A stretch of DNA of 64,000 nt from Chrysomallon squamiferum (Eukaryota; Animalia; Mollusca): positions 8,494,001 through 8,558,000 of the forward strand of contig CM022665.1 in the NCBI GenBank assembly GCA_012295275.1. The letters are read 5' to 3'. Of this stretch, positions 52,402-64,000 are shown in pieces; within the stretch, counting starts at the first letter, position 1; each line of letters starts with the position of its first letter. Under the pieces are notes generated by a model. It was not told the DNA's origin, ran no database searches, and worked only from the letters and a program-made list of their open reading frames with translations. The position numbers were made by a program, and so were the translations under genes.

Positions 52402-52892
52402 TATAGGCTGACAAGAATAACAACATAAAAAAATAATGTCGACTAGTTTCCAGCAGAGTTTACAAATTGATGCCCTATTTAAACGAGATTTGGATATGCT
52501 TTACCTCACTTAAACCAAGATCAATTCATTTCTTAAAGTTAAATTCTCTTTTTTATATGGAGGCGATGCACAAAAAGGAATGTAGACTGAGTAAGCATGG
52601 AGTTAATCCGCCATTAAACTAACAGTGTGATAACCTCTTGTAATAACAAGCACAATAACACTTATTTTCTTTTACTTTTTTCTTTTTTCAAATATTCAGA
52701 ATGCTCCTTAACTTGTCTTTTTTCACTTGACTGGTCATAATGTTGTTATCAGGTTCAGTTTTTAGGATTGTGACTTAGTTGAATTTTTAATAAAAAAAAT
52801 ACGTTGAACGAGTGTTAAAATTAATATATACCTTGACACTTTGCATTTTGATACTTTTATTATTATTTTCTTGATAGACTAACTGACGGCTC

Positions 52893-52923
<31 letters not shown>

Positions 52924-53912
52924 TTTGTATTTGTTGCTTTTATTTATTCAAGAGTATCTGAGTGTCAGTGACATTAGTTACATGTTTGTTACTTTACTGA
53001 AAATTAGCTATCTATTAGTACTAGTGTAATTATAAATTCTGAAAATATAAATGTAAATCACTTTCTATAGAATTAGTTCGATCCTTATTTATTTGTTTGT
53101 TTGTATGTTTCATTGTTAAAACAATAAAGGATATATTTAAATCGTAAATTGTCTGATAAAATAATTTAGTTACTTATTTTTATATAATAATGATGATCAT
53201 GTACATCAAACTCGTTACTTTTTATCCGACATTTTTAACAACCGTACAGTTTTCAGGAAAGTTAGTGTAGTTTGTGAGTAAGCTTACAGATGTGTTTACG
53301 TGACTGACTCTGTCATACGAAAACATTATTAAGAAATTTTTCTGACCTCTTCACTGTATTATGTTCCTACGTTCTTGATTAAACCTTTTATTAATAAAAA
53401 ATTCTTTAACTGGACTTAGAACTTAAGTCCTAAAATGAAATGTGTTTTCTCAGACATACAAAATAATATTTTTTTCAACAAATTTTGTTCTGTACTGAAT
53501 CCAACTGTTTCTTTTTCCATTACACTCTCTGATAAAAAAAACTTGTATGCCTGCAATTATTAAAATGCAAAAATAATGTTATAATTTAATTCAATTTGTA
53601 CACCCCTTCCAATTAAATGTTTTTTTTTCGGCGAAATAACGAAAAAGTGTAATAATTATATTTAACAGTTCTGCGGAAATTTTTGGAACCTATCATGACT
53701 ACATTTTTTTTTTTTTTTTTTTGTTGCGTCTGTTGGTTTATATCTTACAAATAACTAATAATCCATTATAACATTTGCCATCGTTTTACTTAACAATAAT
53801 GAAGGCAGACGAATAGAAGTTTTAATTTGGCATAGATACCGTAACTTTCAGGGTTTGTAGGAATTTTGTTTACTTTTCTATACATCAATATATATATTAC
53901 TATTACTATTTC

Positions 53913-53960
<48 letters not shown>

Positions 53961-55288
53961 GATTATGATTATTGTCGTTGTTTTTGTTTTACATAGGTTT
54001 TGCACTTTCTATTTCATTCATCATGTTAATATTGATAGAGGGATATCCAGGCCATTCCATATAAACGAAAACTAAATAATAAACTGGTCACATTAATATT
54101 CTCTCATTCACAGAAAGAACAGTATTCTATTATTCAAAACTATGTTCACTGCCCTTTGCAGTCTAGGTTTGACTTATTTTGTCTAGTACAATGCGAATAA
54201 TAATGTTATGACTGTGCTGGAAAATATCAAATCCGGCTCTTTTGATTGACAGTAGTACATCTACTTATACAGAGCAGTTTATACAAATTCTTATCACAGT
54301 TAATTACAGTAATAGTAATTATAACAAACAATCATGACACGTTCTTCCTGGCTGTATACTTGAGATATATATATATAGTACAATGCTGGACTCTATACAG
54401 GTCAAAATTCATTTATTCCAAAATAGATGTATTAGCACATTTAACAGTTATGTCGACGATTTTAACGTACTTCTATCATTTTGATAGGGGAATAATCTTA
54501 AATTGATGATGATGTTGTTCATGATGATGATGGTGATGATAAAACAAATAAATAAATAAATAAATAAATAAGCAGTAATTAATAAGAAAAAGAAAACGTA
54601 AGAGGATAACACCAACACCAACAACAGTATCGAAAAGATTAATGATGATAACGATGATGATGATGGTGATGATGATGATGATGATAATGATGATAGCAGT
54701 AATATCAAAAATATGACTAATATGACGATCATTAAAACCCAAAAGTAAGATAAAAAAATAAAGAGAACACTTATTATCACAAATTCATTTATTTACAAGA
54801 TTGCACGACATGAAATGACACAAGAGGATACACAGAATGTTGAAGAGAATACCTGTATGATTCTAATTTACTCCTCAACAGATTGTGCGTAAAATTCACC
54901 ACAAATACGACGAAGAGAATACATCTGAGTCACAGACGTTTAAAGCTAGTGTTTTCAAATGAGTGAGTTTGTTTTATAATGAGAGAAAAATGAAGAGAAA
55001 ATAAAATATATTTGTATATCTGAGGCGTCGATGATATCGATGAAGTCAGTCTAGCAGAAATATTTTAGTTTTTTAATTAATTTTTTTTTTTTTTTTTTCA
55101 AAATTTTCCAAATCGTCTTATAAAGTACCGAATCGAAAGAATAACGTTAAAGCTCCTTTTTCATCGTGATTGTTTATTACAGTTTTTTTTATTATCTGTC
55201 AACTGAAACAGTTAATTTAATTTAATTATTATCACTACTACTATTATTATTATTTTGGTTAATAATGCATCATAATAACAGTTAAATG

Positions 55289-55321
<33 letters not shown>

Positions 55322-55432
55322 GAAACGAGTGTTAAAAACATGTAATTATATTCAAAAGTACAGAAAATGTATCAAACAAATATCTTTTATATTTGCAATG
55401 ACTAATTATTCTCATGTCGATTGATAACCTCA

Positions 55433-55468
<36 letters not shown>

Positions 55469-55934
55469 GATGTTACATGCTAATGAAAATAATATTATGT
55501 GTCTCTTTGGTGTATGTATGTGAGTATGTATAACAGATGAAGATTATCAAAACATTAATTCGATTAAGAAGGTACACAATATACTTCGAAACAAATTACA
55601 AAATCAACAACACAGTTAATAAAACAAAAAACACATACATACACACATATATATATATATTTTGTTTATCTTAATAAGATAAGTAAAATACTGAAATGTT
55701 TTATATTTAGCACTTCATTGACAAACATTTATCGAAATACTTTAAAACATAATAACAAATTTGTACAATTCACAGTACTTTAAATACATTTAGGGAAAGG
55801 GTTGGGATTAAGCACTAAGTCAATAAAAGTGTAAAAAATGTATTTTACCAGTTACCTCGCACGCTTATTATCATTGCAAGGATATCATCAAATGCTGTTC
55901 AGAATTTACTATTTGACAAGCCAAAGAATGACGA

Positions 55935-55990
<56 letters not shown>

Positions 55991-56455
55991 TAATAATAAT
56001 CATAATAATAATAATAATATATTATTATTATTATTAATGATGATGATGATAATATATTTTGCATGAAAATTATTGAATTCGGTAAAGAAAATACTGAATT
56101 CATCGAGATTTAAATAAAAGTAATTATAATAACAATGAACAATATCATGTATATTTAGCAGTCCTTTTCGAGCAAATTTTCCAAACAGTTTGCAGTTTGC
56201 GATTGCCCCGAATATATTTTTTTTTATTGGATTTGTCGTCCGTTTGTGGGACTGAAATACTGAATTAACATTCTGAAAACCAGCGTAATGTTAATATTTT
56301 TGGATTTTTTTTTTTTTACATCATTGTTCTTGTTATCTACAGAGTGTGAGTTCACACGCAAAATGGGATACACTGTATGCCTAAAACGAGCATGTACATT
56401 CAATAACTGACATCTTTTACCAAGATGATTCCTCCGTTTCGGTATCAGCCCACTG

Positions 56456-56666
56456 TCAAACCGGTGGAACAGAGTGATGGTGTAGATGATGATGATGGTG
56501 TTCCATTGGTGGAGAACACAGGTAGTGAGTAGGAATTGGTTCAGGCTTCACCAGTGGCATTCCGAGATTGAAGTCACCGTGACCGTAGTCGTGAGGCATC
56601 ATTGGTTGATTCATGTTACACATTTGCTGCATCGCCTGCTTCATGTTCTCTTCGACCATGTCTCGG
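56456..56666 (-). CDS. Terminal coding exon of an unidentified gene, probably a transcription factor (Gln/Met/Pro-rich, His tract)
   Basis: Acceptor gctttatattgcag, then a phase-2 frame RDMVEENMKQAMQQMCNMNQPMMPHDYGHGDFNLGMPLVKPEPIPTHYLCSPPMEHHHHHLHHHSVPPV*. GC-rich island in AT-rich DNA, with a VKPE SUMO-consensus motif. I found no upstream exon before the window end. Confidence 0.7.
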
Positions 56667-56936
56667 CTGCAATATAAAGCAAACCTATATTACCAGTGTT
56701 GTGCGATCAAACAGTGCTGTGTTCTGCGTAAATATATATAACTAACCTTCTAACATACTAACTTGTCTCAATTATAAAATGAATCTGCACTACCAGTGTT
56801 GTATAATTAATCAAACGGAGTTATGTTTTACATCAAACTTTGGCATATAATAAATCTTCTATAGTAATAATGTAACTCACTAATAAAAATAGTAGTAATA
56901 AAGTAATAGTTGTAGTAGTAGTAACAGTAACAGTAA

Positions 56937-56971
<35 letters not shown>

Positions 56972-58098
56972 TTTATTATATTTTCTAGTATTAGTATTAT
57001 TTCTTATTTATATTAGTTTCAGCATAATTACGAACATTTGAATTACAGGAAATACTATAATTATAAAAATATACATTTTAGTCATAACAACAAAGTTCTG
57101 CATATATAATAATAACTGTAATTTTCGGGGTTTACAGACAAATTCCTGAAATTATATGAATTCAGAGAACCAAACAGTCAGGAAAAAAAAAAAAAGAGAA
57201 AGAGACAGAGAGAGACCAGAGAAAGAGAGCTATTCCTGAAAAAAAAAAAAAAAAAGTATTTGAAAGAACAAAAAATGCATTTCATTTAATAAATCATTGA
57301 TAACAATGGAGATTGTTTGGACAAACCGATAAGTCTTCACATTCTTACGCCCTTTAATGGAATCTGAGACACGACCTATTGCCAGTAAATCTCGCGTTTT
57401 ATTTCGCATTATCACAACTGGCTTTCTTTACGGCAAAAACCAAACGCTTTGACGAAATATAATTTAAAGGGCGTAATGAGGACTGATGTTAGTTTTTCTG
57501 CGAAAACGGCGACATGAAATATATACTCTGCCATGAAGCTGACAAGACGACTAGAATCCAGATTACCATATCAAATATGTTTTTATTCTGGAAACATTTT
57601 ACAAGCCTCAGTGTACATCTGTGTTCTTAGAAAACACATTTATTTCTAATAGTTGTAAATCGTTAATCAGTTAAAAACAGATATATTCCGTTCTTTGAGG
57701 GTAAGAAAACATGCTACGTGCAGTAGAAGAATTTTCCAAGAAGCAACATCATAATGAGCGCATTGTATGATAATTCCCATCTTGTAAGCGAAATGAAATA
57801 TATCTGTAAAGAAAATATTAATGGATACGTGTCTCAGTGGGTGGGATATTTTAATAATACACATCTTTTCTTGATAACCAGAGATGTACAAAAATATACA
57901 GGCAGGTATCGTTCCTGCCTAAGAGATATTCGTTTGGAAAAAACCGTTAATAGAAATGGAATTATAACAAGGAGATGTGTGTCTTTGTTTCTGTAAGCGA
58001 GTGATAGAGCAGGTCCGTCCGAAACTGAAACACCATTACATACACTTAATAAATATTTGTATGTGTGTGAGCGTTCGTGTGTGTCTTCTTACATATTC

Positions 58099-58205
<107 letters not shown>

Positions 58206-59825
58206 CTCCCTTCCTCTCTCTCATTCATTGTGTGTGTGTAAAATGTATTATTAGATAACACGTTTGCCTGCCAGTTATACATTTTTTTTATAAGGAATAT
58301 TTTTTTATTTGTTTTATAGCATACCGATTTAATCACATTAAGCACTTTTTAATTTTAATATTTCATTATTTTTAACAACATGAAGCTTTTTAAAAATATT
58401 TTCTTTTCTTCTTTAAATGAAAAGCATACATTCTGTGACGCCTGTAAAATTTATTTATTTATTTATTTATTATTATTATTATTACTACTACTATTTTTTT
58501 TAATATTATTTCGAATTTTTTTTATTTTTATTTTTTATTTTTATTTTTATTTTTATTTTTTTTTATATCACCGTTAACGTATTCTTCTTGCAAATGTTAA
58601 TATTTAATTTACAAGGAGCCGTTTTAACTGAAAAAAATCTCACGAAAGACAATTATGACACCATTTTTCTCACACGGTAACCACATGTCAAAACTGTGAA
58701 TACTTACTGATTGTTTACAAGACCAACACTGATTGCCGCTTTCTACCTGATGGGAAATTCACCAACACAGTTTTGTCACATTCTAAGTGTTAAATATTTA
58801 ATGATATTATTCTAACAAAATGATCTTTAATCTAGCTTTATTTCGGTTAGTTCACAAAGGAAAGAGGTGTCTGTCGCCTCCGATATTAAACACGACAAAA
58901 GAAGCAGTTATCTGCTATTCAGCCGTTAGCCGTAGTCTTTTACGCATCGACAAACAGTTTAAGAAAAAAGGTTCCTAATTTCTACAATACAAAAGCCGTC
59001 GAATGCTAGCATGGGAAAAAATATCCACATTTATTATTAATAAACAGATTTTGATTTTTTTTTCTTTCTCCTACTTAGATACCGGCATTTCAAAGTAATT
59101 CCCTGTTAATTGCCGAAAATAACGCTCGAAGGCAAAAAACAACAAACAAAACAAACAAAAAAACTTGTACTAGCTGTATTTTTTTCATGTTTGTGGAGAA
59201 AACGATAAAACATTTAGAAAATGTTTTAAAAACTGTAAACATTAAAGTTGTATAAAAAAATGAAATTTGCACACGCTTTTTTAATAGAATTAAAATTATT
59301 TTAAAAATAAAACTTAGTTCTCTTTTCTTACAGCCAACTTTTGTTACACTTATCATTGTTGTTGATGTTGTCGTTGTTGTTGTTGTTGTTGTTATTAAAT
59401 ATTATTTGTTAGTGTTAAATAATTTATTTATTTTACATTCCATTTCATGTTATTCTTCTTATTTCATTTTATTTTACTGAATTTTATGTAATTAGTTTAA
59501 TTCTTTGTTTTAGCTCTTTGTTTCAGTTAATATCACTTACTTAATTATTTTACATTTCATATTTATATTATAATTATATACCATTTATCTTATTTTAATT
59601 CTCTATCTTTATCTGTGTCATTTTTATACTTTACCTAATTTTTGTTCATCTCATTTCACATTAACTATTACATTTTTCATCTCTTATTTTATATCATTTC
59701 ATCATCGTCACCATCACATTACTTTTGTTTATATTAATAGTTTTATTATTACTGAAGTCATTGTTCTTGGTATTATTACTATTATTAATATCATAATAAT
59801 AATAATAATAATAACAATAATAATT

Positions 59826-59857
<32 letters not shown>

Positions 59858-60895
59858 TTATTTATATTTATTTTATTTTTTTTTTTTACTCTATTTATTT
59901 ATTATTATTATTTATTATTGTTGTTGTTATTATTATTATATTTTTAGTTTTTTAATCCCATAATAAACAAAATGACAATCTATGCCTCCGGCTTCATTCC
60001 AGGCGGAAAGGGGCCGTTTCGATTAAATTGTCTGAAAAGCCGATGGAGAGGAAAAGTGTCATTGAATTGTAGTCATGAAGACTCGTGCGGGACTTTAAAT
60101 ACATCCGATTTCCGTAAGAGTTAATTTCCCACTGCTCCAAAGGTCTGCTACAACACACGCCTGGTCATCTCTAAAGCTCTCTAACACTCAAGCATTTCAA
60201 CGAACAGTCTAATTCTGTAAAAACGCGTGGGAAAAACCTTTTGTCAAGTGAACATTTTATGTAACTGTTCTTAATACGTATTGCATAATGCGTCAGCAAC
60301 ATTTTCTTTATCTCTGTGTTGTGTGTGTGTGTGTGTGTGTGTTTAAATTAAGAGAAATAAACATTTGTTGATTGCCTGTTTATATTTTCGAGTAGAAGGT
60401 ATCATTTTTATTTAATTAAAGTCAGATTTATTTTGCTTCATTCTTTGTTTATTGTGAAATATTTTATTTTGTTTTGTTTATTTTATTTTATTTTATTTTT
60501 ATTTTATTTTTATTTATTTTTTTATAATTTTTTATTTTTATTCATTTATTTATTTATTCATTCATTTATTCATTTATTTGTTTTTGTTGTTTTTTGTTCG
60601 TTCACTCAGTTCGAACATTTATTTTTGAACGCTAGCTCAGTGAAGAGAAGAAAAAAACAATTTAAATAATAATTAGACAAAATATAAGCTAAATGACAAC
60701 TTCCACATCAATCCAAAACAAATAATTTATATTAATTCATTTTACATTTAATGATAAATTTTCGTTCACTAAGTCAGCCATTTTGGGCCACTTGCCAAAC
60801 TCTACCCACAAAAACTGACAGACCAATATTACAACCGGAAAACTGTTTGCAGTTAATAAAATTTAAAAAATAGAAATAATTAGTAAAGTTTATGT

Positions 60896-60898
<3 letters not shown>

Positions 60899-60959
<61 letters not shown>
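60899..60959. repeat. (AC)n microsatellite
   Basis: Direct reading. Confidence 0.95.
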
Positions 60960-60960
<1 letters not shown>

Positions 60961-61094
60961 CAACAACAATAACAAATTTCTATTTTTATACTTAAGTACT
61001 GGCTAAAAATAGATATATTCTCATAAATATACAGGATATAACATGAGAAACAAATAAAGTAACTGTGTATACATGTATATCGTTTTCTCTTTCG

Positions 61095-61096
<2 letters not shown>

Positions 61097-61182
<86 letters not shown>
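61097..61182. repeat. (CT)n microsatellite
   Basis: Direct reading. Confidence 0.95.
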
Positions 61183-61186
<4 letters not shown>

Positions 61187-62355
61187 GTGTCTGTGTCTAT
61201 ATACACATACACAGAGAGAGAGAGATGATAATGCATGACTGATAAAGAGACATTTAAAATACATTTTTACAGTTCCGTTTTTTAATAATAAAAAAATATT
61301 AAATATATATATATATATATATAATATATACAAATTTAAAAATATATATTATAAAAGATAAAAATAATCAGTGCTGTATATACACTGGGATCCGATTTAT
61401 TTCGTCCTATTTTCAGTTCAGTTTTGAACAATGAACGTACAAACAATGTGGAACGTGACTGGACTATTGAACTAAGGGCAGCGCGACGATGAATCTGTTC
61501 ATACCGGTGTCGCAATTATTTTATGCCGTCAGAATGATGTGGAGCCAGTTTCCGCTATCAGACAACGACATCATTACTTTCACACCTGTGCAACAGAACT
61601 TGTTGACGGTTCGATGATTTTGTCCACACCGTAATAAGGCCGTCTGTAATTGATAAACACTCCGCAAATTGATAAAAATAATGAGACGCTGGTGACACCA
61701 TACACCTGTGCATAACGACTAGATTTGAAACATTTACTTATAAATATTTAAAAAGCTGGGGTTTTTTTTGTTCTTAGCATGTATGACTTAAAAATAGTGA
61801 ACTTCAAACTGTTGTGACGTAATCTCTCATATTTTTTTACTAATTAACCGTTTGATGATTAAGTTTTTTTATTTTTTATATTACGCTTGATTCGAAAGAG
61901 TTACTCTCCGATGTACATAGAGATCATTACCAAACCAGAAAGAATTAAATATTTAAACCCCAAATTTTCGAGTTTAATTTAAAAAGAAATAAAAGTTACA
62001 AGTGAAAAAAAAAATTATGAATAAAAAATAAAGGAGTCATGTATCTATCTAAATCCTGGGGGATGTTTATCAATTTCCTGATTTAGAGAACAGTTGGTCT
62101 TCAGAAAACTTAGATACTACTTCAACATTTACTCAACCGAACCATATTAAAGAATCATTTAAAATTATTCCCCTTCCAGCCATTTATAACCATCTGGTTC
62201 ATGGAAAGTAGGCTGTAATACAGAAACTAATATCCCTGATGATATCACTTTTCTCAACATTGTTTACATGGAATGTAGTTCCCTGTGTATGATTTTACTG
62301 TTCCAAACTGTGCATTCTATATAAACAATCGAATATTCTTGGAATATTATTTCAG

Positions 62356-62358
<3 letters not shown>

Positions 62359-62450
<92 letters not shown>
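62359..62450. repeat. (CT)n microsatellite
   Basis: Direct reading. Confidence 0.95.
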
Positions 62451-62453
<3 letters not shown>

Positions 62454-63237
62454 GAATTTATAGAACAAGTACTTTCAGCTTTATTCTCTAATGAGGTTTA
62501 TGTTGATTTTTAAAATTATTAAAATAAATAGTGCATTTGCTGTACCTGACATTACTTATAATAAATTAAATACTAGATATGCATTTTCTATCATACAAGT
62601 ATCACTTCTGGTTAAGTTTGTATTTAATATTCATAATTCTGGTGATCTAAAGTTACCTTTAAAAGGTATAAAACTACTCATTTAGGTGTCAGATGGTGGT
62701 AAACATGCTAAAATAACTTACATGAAATATATTATATTCTAACGTAAACAGGCTTATGGCACTCTAAAACATTTTAAATATGCACAGAAAATGATTGAAT
62801 TTCATTCATTTGGTTGTTTGTACTGAGACTGCACGTCACATTTAGTTTTCGGATGCGAGTCGCACTTGGAATCAGATCCTAGAAATTCTGACTCTGAAGT
62901 TCTTTGACTTGATTTCACTGCACCACGGGGCCTTGTTACCACAGCTAATTAGCAAACCTTTTGTAAACCGCTAGGCGCTAGAATGCAGAAGCCATAATCA
63001 GCTAATTACAGCAGTCGACAGGAATCCGAAAACACGATTACACGACTGTACACACAGTGACTAGGAAATTACTGTTTTCCACACAACATGCTATTATTTT
63101 AATAAAAGAGGCGAGTTACTCCGGATGATGACACAACGCTGCTAGTTGGTATTCCTGTCGTTAAGTAACAGCAAGCAGTTAACTGTTTATACCATTTGTT
63201 TTTCACTCGATTTTTGTTTTAATTTATATTTATTTAA

Positions 63238-63388
<151 letters not shown>

Positions 63389-63747
63389 AAGAAAAATATA
63401 TATATATATATATTTTTTTTTTTGACATATGCGCATCCTGCTTAACATTCTATGATGATAAATCTGGTACTCTTCTTGTTTACGTATTTACTTTACTGAT
63501 GCCTACATATTCACAATGATTTAAAAATATATATATATATTTATGTTATTTGGAAGATTTTTAAGAAGACAAATCTGAACTTATATATTATAGTTAATGT
63601 TAGGAACATCTCCTGATGTTGAAATAATATTTGCATTAACAGAAATATTCGTATATGTTGTGATGACAGATGTTAGTTAATAGTAATGTAGTACTGTTTA
63701 TACAAATATGATTGCAGTATGTGATTACACACTATAATAATGTTGGT

Positions 63748-64000
63748 GTTAACAGCAACATCTTGTGATAACAAATGTTGGATACATATTGTAATAATAT
63801 TTGTATTACCAGCAACATCTTGTGATAACAAATGTTGGATACATATTGTAATAATATTTGTATTAACAGCAACATCTTGTGATAACAAATGTTGGATACA
63901 TATTGTAATAATATTTGTATTACCAACAACATCTTGTGATAACAAATGTTGGATACATATTGTAATAATATTTGTATTAACAGCAACATCTTGTGATAAC
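63748..64000. repeat. 57-bp tandem minisatellite running off the window end
   Basis: Unit cagcaacatcttgtgataacaaatgttggatacatattgtaataatatttgtatta(a/c) starts at 63753, 63810, 63867, 63924 and 63981. Confidence 0.95.

Noticed and set aside
63673-63989. Repetitive ORFs and a CRISPR-like look at the window end
   Set aside because: Head-to-tail 57-bp minisatellite with no unique spacers, in a eukaryotic context.

Overview
AT-rich animal genomic DNA, probably a gastropod mollusc (judged from intron style and a remembered SINE core, not verified). Bases 1-35 kb hold a complete minus-strand UBR1/UBR2-type N-recognin E3 ligase. I traced 47 coding exon positions by hand; all phases are consistent and give about 1770 aa. 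Exon 12 is present as two tandem 99-nt paralogues, a probable mutually exclusive pair that appears to match the two alternative exons of vertebrate UBR2. The gene also has a candidate poison exon, a candidate alternative last exon, two NAGNAG acceptors and uORFs. A 5-exon NUDT14 gene (210 aa) lies head-to-head on the plus strand at 36.8-40.2 kb. From about 41.4 kb the DNA becomes CpG-richer and microsatellite-rich, with enhancer-like islands, a 128-bp inverted repeat pair around a DR1/E-box/DR1 module, a mariner deletion derivative, a decayed histone H3 orphon and the His-rich last exon of an unidentified minus-strand gene. All alignments and foldings were done by eye; no database searches were run.
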